Both the position numbers and the translations under genes were made by a program. DNA of 64,000 bases from Blastocystis sp. Blastoise (taxonomy: Eukaryota > Protista > Bigyra: Opalinata): contig JBBPEB010000032.1 in the NCBI GenBank assembly GCA_039096225.1, forward strand, positions 186,001-250,000. Direction: 5' to 3'. Below, in pieces: positions 1-19,665 of the stretch. A model generated the notes under the pieces. It ran no database searches, was not told where the DNA came from, and saw nothing but the letters and a program-made list of their open reading frames with translations. Each line of letters opens with the position of its first letter. Position 1 is the stretch's first letter.

Positions 1-50
<50 letters not shown>

Positions 51-68
51 TTTATTTATAATATATAG

Positions 69-878
69 TGGATTTATATAACACCTTAGTACATCTCCCT
101 GTAGAGTTATTACGTGATTCCTATTTGGCCATTATTGTCCCTTCCTTCGAATTCCCTCTTCCTAAAAATTATCACTGTGAAACATTCGATGAATGCGTTA
201 ATATGTATATATTATATTCATTATTATACTTATTATACTTATTATTATATTATTATTCTATTTATTATTATATTCTATATATTATTATTCTTCTTCCCTT
301 TCTAGTATATCTGGTATGTTACCTGGTAATAAGAAAGAACTTATTCAATGTGTCGCCGATCAACGATGTTTCCGTTTCCGTGAAGCTTCTAAGACTCATA
401 TGTATCACTTTGATGGTTGGGAGACTTTAGATCCTTCTATTCCTACTACTGTCCATGAATGTCTTCATAATGATATTCAAGAACCTTATATGATGGTACG
501 AAAGGTCCCTCATCTTCCTCTCTTTGACGAACGATTCGTCGATTATGGTAAGAATAAGGTCCAATGGATTATTCATCTTCGTATGATCGGTTACAAGTAT
601 CACGTGCTTTCTCAATCATTTGCTATTGATGTTCCTCATCCTAAGTATATTATTTATATTATATACTAATTCTAACATATATATATATATATTATTCTAA
701 TTATCTTCTATATATATTTATATAATATATATATAGATCAAAGATTGCTTTAGATTGGTTCGCTGAAGGTGCCAAGACCAACTGGAAAACAAAGATGCAC
801 GTGCTTTTAGATCACTTTGTTTATGAAGTTAAACTGAATACTGTTGACAAACAGATCGTCACTCCTCTTTGCAAGTAA
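69..878 (+). CDS. 3' part of a GT49 (LARGE/B4GAT1-like) glycosyltransferase; multi-exon, 5' end lies outside the window
   Basis: Spliced exons give ...QEPYMMVRKVPHLPLFDERFVDYGKNKVQWIIHLRMIGYKYHVLSQSFAIDVPHPKSK..., matching the GT49 EPY / FDERF.GYG.NK / F..H.PH motifs. GT-AG introns; stop TAA at 876-878. Confidence 0.8.
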
Positions 879-1558
879 TCTTATTATTATTTTTTTTAAA
901 TATAGAAACAGAATATATACTCTACTTTCTATCCACTTTTATTTTTATTATTGTATATTTTTATATTTATATATCAATTTTTTACACATTTTTATATTCT
1001 ATTTATATTCTATTTATTTTTCTATGTACACTTTTTTCTCTTGTTTACATGAATTTATTATGTATATATCTATAAATCTATATATTCATATATACTATAT
1101 ATATTCATAATAAAAAAATATTTATTTATAATCATTATTTTTCTTAACTTTAATATATAATATTATTATCTATTTGTGCTATTCATATTTCACTTTTCTA
1201 TTTCTTTCTATTTTATTTTTCTATTATTTAATATTGTTTATACTTTTTTTTTGTCTTCTTTAATTTATTTTAAACAGACTATATTGTGCAGAGTTTCATA
1301 TATATACACTATTTTAACTATTTATATACATATTAGTTATTTTACAAATAGAAATGAACTTGATTTTTTCAATTATCCTAAATTTATTTATAAAACTCAT
1401 TATTTAAAAAGAATACTAGTTTTAAAATAAAATAACACTTTTATATATCAGTTAAAGAAAAGCCCAAAACAGACATTTCCTTTATTTTGAAAAACTGAAA
1501 TTTTTAAATTTTTTAAAAATATATTCATATTAATCATTCTTCTTGTTTTAGTTTGAAT

Positions 1559-2481
1559 ATGGAAAAAGGAAGTATTCTCGAGGTCAATAACAAAGAGTAC
1601 ATAATACTAAAAAGCATAAGTAGTGGGTATGTTACACAATTTTTATTTTCTATCTATGTAGTGCTCAAGGAATTGTATATAAAGCAAAGCAGAATTTCGG
1701 AGAGAATGAAATTGTTGCAATTAAACGTTATAATGTACGTGGTAAAGAATTTAATGCAGAAGTACAAGCTCTAGATGTATTAAATAGTCCATATATAGTG
1801 AAAATGCTAGATCATGATGAAGATAATGTATTATATATTTCATTTTCTTATATACATTATTTAGATTGTACTAGAATATCTTGAAGGCGAGTCATTAAAA
1901 CAAATTATGGCACGAGATGATACAGTTCTATCGTGCTATGATATACCCTCGATTATGGCTTGTGTTGTATGCGCCTTATTAGAATTACAGAAAAATTTCA
2001 TTATTAATTGTGTAAGTCTTCATGTTTTTATATTATATATGTATAAAACAATATATGCCTCATCAATATTAATATTTAATATGTATTATATTTTAGGATG
2101 TTAAACCAGAAAATATTATTTATCATAAAAACAAATATGTTTTAAGTATATATATATATAATATTAATAGGATGATATATATATAGTTGATTTTGGAACG
2201 TGTATTCATTGTTCTCAATTCCAACACACGTGTGGTACACCTGGTTATTGCCCACCAGAAATATTAAATAATTGCGCCAAATTATACTCTAATGTATATA
2301 TATACTTTTTTTAATTTATTCTCTTTTATATATAAATATATCTTTTGTTTAGTATGATATATTTTCCCTTGGAAAAATAGCTTATTATTTGGCATGTTTA
2401 TATACAAACGGTTGCTATACATTAGATTCAGTTGAAGATGTATATATATATATGTTTATATATTTATTAATATACGTATAG

Positions 2482-2520
<39 letters not shown>

Positions 2521-4438
2521 TATATATAGAATCCCTCTTATAAACGTGACGGATTTTACAGTTTGCCGTTAACCGGACTTCGAAAAGCATTTGGACACAA
2601 TTTCAGTGCCTTCAGTAGATTTGTAACGATTTGTACGGAGACTGTTAATTCAAATCGTGTTTTTGCATCTGAACTTATTCGTGTATAAATAAATAATAAT
2701 TATTTTATTATTATTTTATTATTATTTTATTATTAAATATATTTATATATCATAAACCAATACTATAGTGAACTATATTGTATCTTTTGTCTTGGTATTT
2801 TTAAATAATATATATATATATATATATAGGATGAGTATATTAAACCTTCTCTCATGGAATTAGAACCAGAATTGAATTCCTTTTATAAACCAAAAGATGT
2901 ATATATATATTCTATTGAGTATATTATATAAATATAGAAAGGATATCATTATTTCGATCAGTTTGAAACAGATCACTCAAAGTTAATGGCTGCATTTGAT
3001 AAATATATTCAAGAAAATCCATTGAAACAAGAAGAAGATCAGATCAAATCAAGTCTACCTACAGATCTATCATTTATGCCTCCACAAAATATATCTATAG
3101 CTTCTTCTTCTCTTCCTCCTCCACAAAATCTCCCTTCTATGTCTCCTCATCTCTCTGGGTCTTCTTATGGTATTCCTCCTCATCCTCCTAGTATATCTTC
3201 TATGCAAAATATATCTTCTATTCCTCCACCTAATATATCTTCTTCTCTTCCTCCTAATATATCTTCTATTCCTCCACCTAATATATCTTCTATTCAAAAT
3301 ATATCTTCTTCTCTTCCTCCTAATATATCTTCTATCCCTCCACCTAATATATCTTCTATTCCTCCACCTAGTGCATCTCCTTCTCTTCCTCCTAATATAT
3401 CTTCTATTCAAAATATACCTTCTATTCCTCCTCTTAATATATCTTCTTCTCTTCCTCCTAATATATCTTCATCTGCTCCTCCTCTTTCATATATCTCTTC
3501 ATCAGTACCCGTACAAAATACAATGTCATATTCCAATGGGAATCAGTACAAATATGGTATTTCCAACAGCCAATCATCTTTCAGAACTCCTGCTCCACTC
3601 AATTATATAGAATCAAACAAACATACTACTTCTTCATCTTCTATATCATCTTCTATATCATCAAATAATACTTATCAACAATCATCTAATAATACTTATC
3701 AACAATCATCTAATAATACTTATCAACAATCATCTAATAATACTTATCAGCAATCATCTAATAATACTTATCAACAATCACATAATAATACTTATCAACA
3801 ATCATCTAATAATATGTCGTTCTGCCCGCCAACCAATGTAATTCCCTCTTCAACAGATCCTGTAACCCCTAGTACGTCATTCTATAATACTAATGGATCT
3901 ATCTATGGTGATTCATCAAAAATATCGAATTCTACAACTGCTTCTTCTAATCGCAACCCATTAGGAATCTCTATTCCTTCAATAGATCCACTTATATCAT
4001 CACATTTAACTACAGTATATAACTCAGCTAATGAAGCAATATATTCTACATCACGAAATACTATTTATCATTCAAATATAATCAACACAAACAATAATAT
4101 ACAAATCATTAAGAATCTAATAAAAGATATCGATAATTGGACACAATATTACTCCTTTTCGTATATATATATATCTATATATATATATATAAATAATAGT
4201 TTATAATATATATAATTTCATTACAAAAATTTTTCTATTTCTTATATATATATATATCCTATTTAAATAATTTATAATTACATAGAAACCCTTCTTCTTC
4301 TTCTTCTACTACTTCTTCCTTCCCTTCAGAAGTATATCCAAATACATTGGTACTTCTCTCTGTGAATTATAATCATAAACCTTTTACTCTCGGAGCTATT
4401 TCTACTAACTTTCATCCCTGTACCAATCATGATGAATC

Positions 4439-4496
<58 letters not shown>

Positions 4497-4958
4497 CATT
4501 CTATCCATATATATTCTTGTATACTCATTATACTATTTTACTTAATATTATATCTATCTAGGATATACTTAACAATAATAATTTATTATAATAATAATAG
4601 TATTATATTTCTATTTCTATATATAGTTACTGATTATCATAATTACTTATTCTCTATCACCCAAGAAGGTATCTGTTATCGTCATATGATTCGTTATTCA
4701 AAAGCAAATCACGCTCTATATAGTACTGCTAATTATACATTTATATTTGGAGTAAGAGAATTATCCGTTTTTTATAATTCTACAAAACACCAATATTATT
4801 TATTTGTAGCTAAATTTCAAGATCCAACTTATGTTTATGAAGGTGGAAATCTATTTGGTCCAGGATATATAGATCCTAATAATATATGTATTCCTATTCA
4901 ATGTCTTGAATTATATACGAATTACTCAGGATCTTTGAAGTTTGAACCTCCAATATAA
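1559..4958 (+). CDS. Ser/Thr protein kinase with a long Pro/Ser/Asn/Gln-rich repeat region and a C-terminal domain of unknown function (about 10 introns)
   Basis: After removing GT-AG introns: SSGAQGIVYKA, VAIK, INCDVKPEN, IDFG, CGTPGYCPPE, YDIFSLG. Large exon includes ORF 2986-4206; last exon ends at 4958. Confidence 0.8.
3190..3810 (+). repeat. Coding tandem repeats: about 10 x (PPNISS[I/S]) followed by about 6 x 24-bp (NNTYQQSS)
   Basis: Repeated cctcctaatatatcttct and aataatacttatcaacaatcatct units are directly visible. Confidence 0.9.
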
Positions 4959-5409
4959 TTATATTTATAGTTTTACTTATAGATAATAATATATATGTCA
5001 TTTTGTTTTTTTATACTTATTTTTACACTTATTTTTTTTTTTCAGTTCTCACGTTACTACTTTCTATTCTTGTATAACATGTTTCATATTAGTCATAAAC
5101 TCTTTTGCAAAATATTATTTTATATAACGAATTGTTTTTTCATTCTTTAGATTCATTCGTATTTCTTTGAAATGTTCATCATAATTAAAAAATATATTAT
5201 ATTGTTTGTTATCATATATTTGAATATATATACACAGTTGTAAATGTAATTATTTGAATAAAGTAGAATCGTTGTTAAAAATTATGGAAATATTAAAAAA
5301 ACTAAATAAAATTCAATTCAATAGAATGAACATAAGAATATAATATATATATTGTATACCACATAAAATTATAAAAACAAAAAATACTTTAAAGAGAAAT
5401 AATAATATA

Positions 5410-7132
5410 TTATAAAGAAGATAATTCTTTTTGAATTTTGTTAAAATATTTATATATCTTTTTTTGAATTTTCTGTCTATATCTCGGATTTGTCCACTTT
5501 GAGAACGAGTCGATAATTGTATAAAAATGTTGCATAACTCCATTTTCAATCCATTTATTTTTATAAACATAATCTTTCCAATATTCCCAAATACTATATA
5601 TATATATATATATATTTAATTATGAATGATAATTAATATATTGCGATTTTAAAAAGATATTATATATATATACCCAGCTATAAAAATAGAAAGACACAAA
5701 CAGAACATAAATTGAGCTTGGAAACTATTTTTAAAAAGTACAGGACTTCTATATATAATATAATATATTATAATAGAGTATAATAAAGTATAATATATAA
5801 TAGAGTATATACTGAATCATTAGAATTGCCGATATTCCCGCGGTTATGACCCAGAAGGAAATAGAGAATCCTTCTAATACGTATATATATGAAGGAACTA
5901 TTATATGTATAAGATAGTATTATATTTATTATTCTTATATTTATATAAATATTTCTCATCATATATATATATATAATAAGTATAATTAAAGGATATAGTT
6001 TGTGTCTGACTATCTCTCACCACATAAATATATGAAGATGGAGAATAAGGATTCTGTTGATAAAGACTTGTTTTATGAATAATATCATAAGGAAGACCGG
6101 CAATACATACAAATAATACAATCTATATGAATATATGTATATATAGAATAATAATGATGATAAAAAAGAATTTTATATATAATAATTATTAATATATATA
6201 TATACCATGACAAGTATAAACCAATTATATCGGTTTTGAGCGGCATTCCAGAGATTATCACCAAAAGGCATCATATAGCAAATAACCACGGTTATTACTA
6301 TAACTATTAAAAGAGATATATATATATTGGATTCTGAAATAGCGGGTTTTACCTATGAAAAATAATAATATATATTATTATTAAGAAATATATATATATA
6401 TATACATTCAATCCTGTTTTCGTATTAAAAAAACTGAATAATGCTGAAACTGAAAAATCTTGTTTTTCATAAATATTTTTCTTTTCGATTTTCCAGTGAG
6501 ATTTGCTTGTTAATTTAGCAGATTTTGGTATATAGGCTATTACAGGAACTGTATCAAAATTATACTATATAGAATTATAATAGCATATTTATAATAATAA
6601 TAATAAATTTACAATAATAATAATAAATTTACAATAATAATAAATTTACAATAACTATAATAAATTTATAATAATAATAATAAATTTATAATAATAATAA
6701 TATATATTCAACAAAGAATATAATTTAAAAAAATAAAACTTTCAACAATATATAAAAAAGAAATCATGACCAATAAGTAAAATATACATTACGATACACT
6801 TCCTTGGATTCTTCAAAGTATAGTTTAACAAATACAACAGGTTTGTCAGGTGTATAATAACTTTTATAGGATCTTGCCATTTCTTGAGGGACAGAATCAA
6901 CTTCAGAACAGGCTCGACATTGATATCTTGGATCAGTAACAGAGAAAAAAACAAGTGAATCATATGGACGACTTGATGATTCAAGATAATCTGTGTAATT
7001 TCGATCAGACAAATAGAGATAAAAATTATTGTTGATTATTGTTGCTAATCTTTTATCCTTTGTTTCAGCTTCACACGAATGTATTAAGACACATATAATA
7101 AAAATTACAATAAAACTAGATTGACGAAACAT
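5410..7132 (-). CDS. OST3/OST6 (MAGT1/TUSC3-like) oligosaccharyltransferase subunit
   Basis: Signal peptide; thioredoxin-like domain with RPYDSLVFFS...CRAC; TM segments and ...RDSQTQT|VLEGFSISFW. Contains one AT-AC intron (5881-5996). Confidence 0.8.
5881..5996 (-). other. U12-type (minor) AT-AC intron
   Basis: Minus strand: exon ACT|ATATCCTTT ... TTCCTTCAT atatatAC|GTA TTA GAA GGA. Canonical U12 5' splice site and branch site; removal restores the frame (QT|VLEG). Confidence 0.9.
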
Positions 7133-7906
7133 GCTGTATATAGATAATAAAAATGAAATTCTTCTTGAAAACAGAAGTTTATACTTTTTTTTTTGCAGTT
7201 TTGCAATAAGATTATATATAAATGCTATCAATTACTGATTCAGAATATCATTACATTGTTAACTGTCTATTACATACTAATTGAAGACATTTTTGAAATC
7301 AATTCTTTTTCGTTCTTCATCAAATGACAGTTACATAGTTCTAGACTTGTTTAGCATTATTTTTCTATGTATTACTCAACAACAATTCATGCTTTTAAAA
7401 TAACAATTTTATGTAAATGTTTCTAAATCACAAAAAATAATGATTATTATATTTTATATCGTATTTATGCAAGTTATTACATGCTTTATAGAAACAATTA
7501 CACTTTTATAATGGCTAATGATCCAATGTTGCGTCTTTTTTACAATTAACTTGTACTTTATAGTTATTCTCATACATATTTAAATACAACAATAGTTTTT
7601 CCTATTCAATAAAATAATAATATCTTCATATACAGTTCAGAAACTTTATTTGTTACACAAAACATAGAAAGTGTTGATTATTTTTCCCTGACGAAATAAT
7701 TAGATAACCGCGATTGTTGTCGCTTCTTTGTACGTGTAAGTTTAGAAAAAAGAACACAACTCTCAAAAGAACAACAAGAAAAGCGCATCATTATTTATTC
7801 GTTGTACATATTTTGTGTTTTATGGGAAACTGACAAATTATTTAGAGAGTTTATTCTTATTAATTTTAATTTACTAATCAATTTAAAATATATTGAAACA
7901 AAATTC

Positions 7907-10041
<2,135 letters not shown>

Positions 10042-10792
10042 TCATACTATTCATTATTCTATTTATATTTAACCTTTATATATGTTTATATTTATATATG
10101 TATTTATATTTATATATATACTTTTGATTTTTTTATTTATTTCTTCAATATATATATTGTCTCCTATTAAATGATTATATTAATCTTCTTTATCCTATAT
10201 AATAGAATGTAGTATTTCTTTCCCATGTTTCTTTTACTTTTTCCAGTGTCTTATTTTATTCATATTATCATTTCTAATCCATGTTTTCTCTTCTTTAATG
10301 ATTATTTCACGATTCATACGTATTCATATGCTTTTCATATTATTATTGCTTTTCATTTTTTATCTTTAATAGATATCGAAATGTTCATGTAATATTTTAT
10401 TTTTATATGAATTATTTCAAGTGTATTAAAAAAGTATTTATATATCTTGTTTTTAGTTCATTGTAATTATATGTATATAAATTATATATAGCTTTATTAT
10501 TTTTATAAATTTTGTTTTACATTATATTAATAAACAATAAAACTCAACCAAAATAATGATAGCACAAAATAATAGAAACAATAATAAGTAAAAGAAGAAA
10601 AAAGCGGAAAAAGATATATAGAATGACATGAATTGTCTTCTTTTTATTGAAGCTATGAGCTCTATTGTATCATAATAAATATATAAGAAGCATAGATTTT
10701 TGTAATATAATATGAACAATAAGAGAATATTCATGAATTTAGATTATTATAGGATATTAAATCGTCTTAACAAATATATATATATTATTGCT

Positions 10793-12321
10793 TTATAAAA
10801 AAGAAGGTGAATTTTCCAGTTCATTTATTGTTCCCGAAGAATTATTTATATTTATATAATTAGTAGTAGTAACATTAGTATTATCACTATTAGTAGTAGT
10901 AGTAACATTAATATTACTATTAGTAGTAGTATTAGCATCATTAGCATTACTATTAGTAGTAGTATTAGCATCATTAGCATTAGTAGCATTAATATGGCCA
11001 TCGCCAGTAGGAGATATATAAGTTGATGAATTTGAAGTGTCCGTCTCGCGAGTCATTTCAGACATAATAGTGTCAGACATAATATTTATATTCATTGCAT
11101 CATTTATATCATTCTTTATAACTATCGAATGATCTTCTTTAGTAATAGAAGAATCAGGAAGAGGAAGTATAGAAGACGTTGTTTCTATAGACATTTCATT
11201 GTTGTTCTGTAATGTATTCGTTATATCCTTAGAAGATGGAGTAGCGATAGTAGTAGTATGAATAACATTAGTAGTAATATCATTAGTAGTAACACCATTA
11301 GTACTGACATCATTAGTAGATGTCAATACTTCATTGTCCTTGGATACATGCTGAGATTCAGGAATATCAACTTCATTATTCGATAGAAGAACAGAGGACG
11401 AAGCGGCTGTTTGATTGGATGATTTTGATTTCTTTTCTGCTTGAATAGCCATTGTTTCCTTGGCTGTTCGATGTTCAATACAATCGGATATAAATAAATC
11501 ACATATTTTAAATGTCAACACATCAAGTAATTCTACAGAAATAACAATTTCTCCTTTATCATTCTAGAGAAATAATAATAATAATAAGTATAATAATAAT
11601 ATATATATATATATAAGAAAAAAGAATCATTGAATAAAATAAATCAATATATATATGATGAATAAAATAATTGATATACATAAGAAATAGCTTTCTCACA
11701 TTTCATGTCTATAATTTGAATAAGTTGACTTAATTCTTGAGTAGTTAATTCGTTGATATGTAGAAGTAGAGGAGATTGCTTAAGAACATTCAAATGGTAA
11801 CAACTACAAGGTGATGAATATAGTATATCATTATTAAATGGATTTTATAGAAATAAAAATTCAAAAAAACTAATACTTTCTCCATTCGAAATGATTATTA
11901 CTAAGTTGTGCATATCTAGATTCAAAATCGTTCGATAATGTTTTAGCATCTTGATATAACGCTGAAGCTTCCTATCATAAATAAAATAAAATAGTATTTA
12001 TATTATTCTTTTACAACTTTTAGAAATCAAATAATATATTTTATTATATACTGTATTAAATGTCATGCAGTCTCTAAAAACAAGTCTCATATCGTAAGCA
12101 AATTCAAAGGGATACTTGTAATCTTTGTTTCTAAACTTTTTCTCTATTGTCGAAAAATCCATTGGTTGCTTTACTAATTTGGGATACTCATAGAGCTGCC
12201 ATTCTTTCCACCTCACAGGTTCACGAAAAGCATCTGCGCTTTCTTGATTTTTGAAATATTCTAATAACGCTCTATAATCTTTATACCAGCTGTAATCAAC
12301 TTCTTCGTCTTTTTGTGACAT
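10793..12321 (-). CDS. BET/GTE-type bromodomain + extra-terminal (NET) domain protein with a Thr/Asn/Ser-rich tail
   Basis: ADAFREPV...YPKLVKQPMDFSTIEKK...FAYDMRLVFRDCMTFN (bromodomain); INELTTQELSQLIQII...EIVISVELLDVLTF (ET-like). Confidence 0.85.
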
Positions 12322-12497
12322 CCTCCTAATAATAAAAACAAGAATTATCGTTATTATAATTTGGATAATAGTGAAACAAATGTTTATAAAACATTTTTTA
12401 AATTATTTTTAAATTTTTGCTGCGATGACAATAAATAATCAGTAAGAAAAATATATTTATTCATTTTATCTTTATATCTTATATTTATTGAATAAAT

Positions 12498-12814
12498 ATG
12501 TATTCAGGACCAGAAAAATACTTTAGAGATGATGAAGAACAAGTAGGAGAAGGTAATGAATCATTTATAAAGAGAGTGATTGTCCATTCAAAACAAAATG
12601 AAGGAATATCAAAATTTGTATATCCAAATAAATGGAGATATCATAAATATAATCAATTATATGTTTTAGAGCCAAACTATTCAGAGCAATTAGATAGGTT
12701 CCTATTTGTATCTTTATTATTATAGTAGTTTTAAATAGCCATCTTTAACATATATATAGTATAAATTGTCTCCATTGTTTGTGTTCATCTTTATTATGGT
12801 GCTTCTTTACTTAA
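12498..12814 (+). CDS. Small hypothetical protein (about 85 aa) with a Cys-rich hydrophobic C-terminus
   Basis: ORF from 12498 spliced over a GT-AG intron (about 12698-12759) ends SINCLHCLCSSLLWCFFT*. Confidence 0.45.
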
Positions 12815-13208
12815 AATTTATATTATAAACTTGTTGTACTTGTTTGCTTTTAGTTTTGGTACTATTATATAATAGTATTATCAATTATTTATAAGAAAAT
12901 AGAGTTTCATTTTGATCGTTTAATATTTGTATGCATAAACTAATTAATTTACAAATTATCAATTGCAATAAATATATTTTTAAATGTAATAACAAGAAAA
13001 AACAATAATTGAGTGAATAAGGATTATAAAAGTTGAAAAATGAAAAAGAAAACATAGTCAATAAAATATGAATGAAATCAATATATACTAATACTAATTC
13101 ACAAAAATATAAATAACAAGAAAATATCTTTAGAAGATATATATATATATAAGACTATTCATTTATATAAATTCCGAATGATATATATGTATGTATATAT
13201 CCAGTAGA

Positions 13209-13911
13209 TTAATCTTTGTAATATGTCTTTTTCCCAGTAGACCAAGGGACGTATTTATATTCTATCATATGTGCCACACGTTGTCTTAAGGTCATGAAGC
13301 AAAGAGACTAGATATATATATAGATAGAGGAATAATAAGATAATCAAAGATAAATTATGGATTATATTATATACATATTATAATAAATATTATAAATATT
13401 ATAAAAATAAATAATAATAAATAAAATAAAAAAATTTAAATATAATAACAAAATTTAAATAAAATAAATATAATAAAACAAATATAATAATAACATATAC
13501 AATAAAATAAGCAACAAGAATAGGCCAGAAAACAGGTAAATCAAATGCAGGGTTCAAAGTACAAACTAAAGAAATTAAAATACCTTTAATACCTTCCAGC
13601 CAGAATTTGAATTCAGGGAGCTTTCGTATAAAAGGCTTATATTCATCTGTTTCCTTATTAGGAAGAAGACTGTCTTCTTCATCTTCAGGATCTTTTAATG
13701 GTGAAATAAATCCAAGAAGTAGATTCAATAAATATAAACCAAGAGCATAAGTGATTAAATAGAATCCTTGATAAGTAACAATACGAATAGCATAAAGAGC
13801 TAAAACGATGAAGAAACATATCCAACGAGTGATAGGATAACGAACAGTCTTATCTGTGTAATAAACATAAATCTTATTAAGTCTGGTGAATAGGCTCTCT
13901 TGTTGTTCCAT
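13209..13911 (-). CDS. RER1: RER1 ER-retrieval receptor
   Basis: YALGLYLLNLLLGFISP, EYKPFIRKLPEFKFW, FDLPVFWPIL; second exon TLRQRVAHMIEYKYVPWSTGKKTY. Confidence 0.95.
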
Positions 13912-14568
13912 TATATATTAAATTATCAAAATAGAACTTGTTTAATTCGAGAATAGGATGAAATTCCAGTAGTTCCGTATTTTTTTGGCTTACGGTTTTT
14001 AATTATTTTTTCTTTTCTAAAAGAAAGAATGAGATTCCCGTAGAATTCGTTATAAGGATCGAATAGAACAACAAGTAGAATTTTAAATTTTTATATGTTT
14101 TCATGTGATATTCTTCTCTATCCATTTATATTCTAAAGAATCCTTTTACTCAAACTAAGTTTAATATTTTTTAATTATATGCCACAACAAATAGAATCTC
14201 ATGTACAGTCATTCATTATCAGATGAAAGTCTTAAATATGTTTTTTATGCATGCTTCTATGTTATTATGAAATCATAGAATGCGAATTTATTAGGAATAA
14301 GCAAATAAATCCAAAGTGGTTAGTGTTTTAGTATAATAATTCAGTTGATAAATAAATATTATTTTGAACCATGATAGATAATAATAGTAGATCTCCAAAA
14401 AACATTTATAAATGAATAATAAATCAGGATATAACATAGAAATAAAAAATATATAAATAGATTCTGCATTTTTCATTTTACCCTTCAAAATATTTAAATA
14501 ATCCAGTGAATTTCCAAAAAACAGAATATTTTCTATTCAACGTCATTTCTAATTTTATCACTTAAAGA

Positions 14569-16181
14569 ATGCCATTTAAACAAATAGGAGTGGGGTTTAT
14601 CGCAGGTGCTGCAACATCTCTAGCATTAGTAGGACTTTATAACCATTTTCACATGAAATCTGAAAAAAAGATGCTTATAACACCAAAAAAAAATGAGCCT
14701 GTTGAAAAAAAGAAAGTAATTGAAAAGAAGGAAGAAAAAGAAAAGAAAGAGGAAGTTAAAAATGAAAAGCCCCTAGTGTTACCTGAATCAGAAGATGAAG
14801 ACGAGTATTCTCCAGAAGAAATTGAACGTCTCAATAGATTATTAGATAAATATGATGGAGAAAGTTTCAAAATGGTATTATGTGTTCGTAATGATCTTGG
14901 CATGCAAAAAGGTTTATATATATATTATTTATATTTATACATGAAAAGGACTTTATCAGAATTTTATTTTATTGTCTTTTTTTTTATTATCTACAGGGAA
15001 AATGTGTGCTCAATGCGCTCACGCTGCATTAGGTGCTTATGAAGAAGCTATGTGCAGAGATGATATGGAAGGTATTATTATGTTTATTATTATATTTATT
15101 ATGTTTATTATGTTTATTATGCTTATTTTTATTACTGTATTTATTATAATTTTTATTATTATATTTATTATATTTATTATTATTATTATTATTATTACAG
15201 ATTTTACTATAATTTTTATTATTATATTTATTATGTTTATTATATTTTTATTATTGTTTTTATTGCATTTATCATTTTAATATTATATCTATTATAATTT
15301 TATTTTTCTAATATTTATATATATTAATTTACTTAGAAATTGTGGATTTATGGGAGTTTTCTGGTTGTGCAAAAATAGCATTGAAAGTCAATTCTCAGGA
15401 AGAATTAGAAGAAATTGAGAAAGATGCTGAAGCCAAAGGATTGAATCATTATTTAGTAGTATATATATATATATTGTTTTCATCTAATATATATTTTCAA
15501 TAGTATGCTTATATTCTATAATGTTTCTTTTATTATATTATAGTATATTATATATAATATACTTGTTCATTATTCTAAGTCTACTTTATTTCATTTTCTC
15601 TTTATACTATTACTCTCTACTATTATGAATACTTTTAGTGTGATGCAGGAAGGACACAAGTAGCTCCTGGTATATATATATATCATTAATCTATCTTCTT
15701 TCATATCTCCATTAATTTCTATTATAAGGTTTATTCTACATTTCATACACATATTATTATTCTTATTATATTAGTTATTCTACTTAGATTTATTATTATA
15801 ATACTTATTATCTACATATTATTATAATACTTATCATAATACTTATTATAATACTTATTATAATACTTATCATAATACTTATTATAATACTTATTATAAT
15901 ACTTATCATAATACTTATTATAATACTTATTATAATACTTATCATAATACTTATTATAATACTTATTATAATACTTATCATAATACTTATTATAATACTT
16001 ATCATAATACTTATTATAATACTTATTATAATACTTATTATAATACTTATTATAATACTTATCATAATATACTTCTTATTCTATAGGTAGTTTGACTGTA
16101 TGTGCCGTTGGTCCTGCTATTGCTTCTAAAATCGATGAAATCACTGGACCTAAGGGAAGTCATCCTCTTAAATTACTTTAA
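14569..16181 (+). CDS. PTH2: Peptidyl-tRNA hydrolase 2
   Basis: N-terminal TM; KMVLCVRNDLGMQKGKMCAQCAHA; GCAKIALKV; CDAGRTQVAPGSLTVCAVGPA...IDEITG...LKLL*. Confidence 0.95.
15790..16070 (+). repeat. Intronic 12-bp minisatellite (ttatyataatac), about 23 copies, in the last PTH2 intron
   Basis: Tandem copies with a t/c variant are directly visible. Confidence 0.9.
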
Positions 16182-17006
16182 AGCATAGTATACTTGAATT
16201 CAAGTCATTCAATCCTTTTAACAATTCATGTAAACATACTACTTTTTAATGTTTTCTAATCATATACATTTATTATATATTTTCTTGTCTTGTTTATACA
16301 ATTATTATGAACTAGTGTGAACTATTAGATACTGTTTATTGCTTTTGTTATTCTAAACCATAAATATATATATATATATTCTCTGATAATTCTAAAAAAG
16401 ATTTCATAGAATGCTAAATGAATGAAGAAACTAACAAAACATAAATATAGATTCGCATGTATTGAAATTTATGCAATACAATCAAAGCATAAAAAAAGAT
16501 AATAATAAACCATAAAAACACTTTTATTATTCATATATCTACAATAATTATATCAAGATATATAAATAGATTTAAAAAAAAACTAATTTATTTTTATCCA
16601 ATTAATAGATATATATAGTGAACGTTTACAATAGTAGGTATATAGATATAGTATAATAAAAAGCATAAATACAGTAACAAAAGTCAAAATACATTATATT
16701 TAAATATAGAATAATTAAATATATATATAAACATTAGAATAGAATAGTACATAAGAAGAAAAGAATAATAAAAAATGAAAAAAGTGTATATTACATAATA
16801 GAATTACTAGACTACAAATGTCATGAAGACACTACAATCAGAAAAAAGATATATAGAAGAAGAAGAAGAAGAAGAAGAAGAAGAATATATATAAAGTCTC
16901 TTATAAGAGGATAGAATAGAGAAAAAAAAAGAAAGGAAAGAATATAGTTTATACTAGGGCACACACTTATATATATATATATACATATAGATACTAAATC
17001 CTATAA

Positions 17007-19665
<2,659 letters not shown>

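Noticed and set aside
3070-3610. Arg-rich antisense ORF and Leu-rich alternative-frame ORF
   Set aside because: Shadows of the PPNISS coding repeat.
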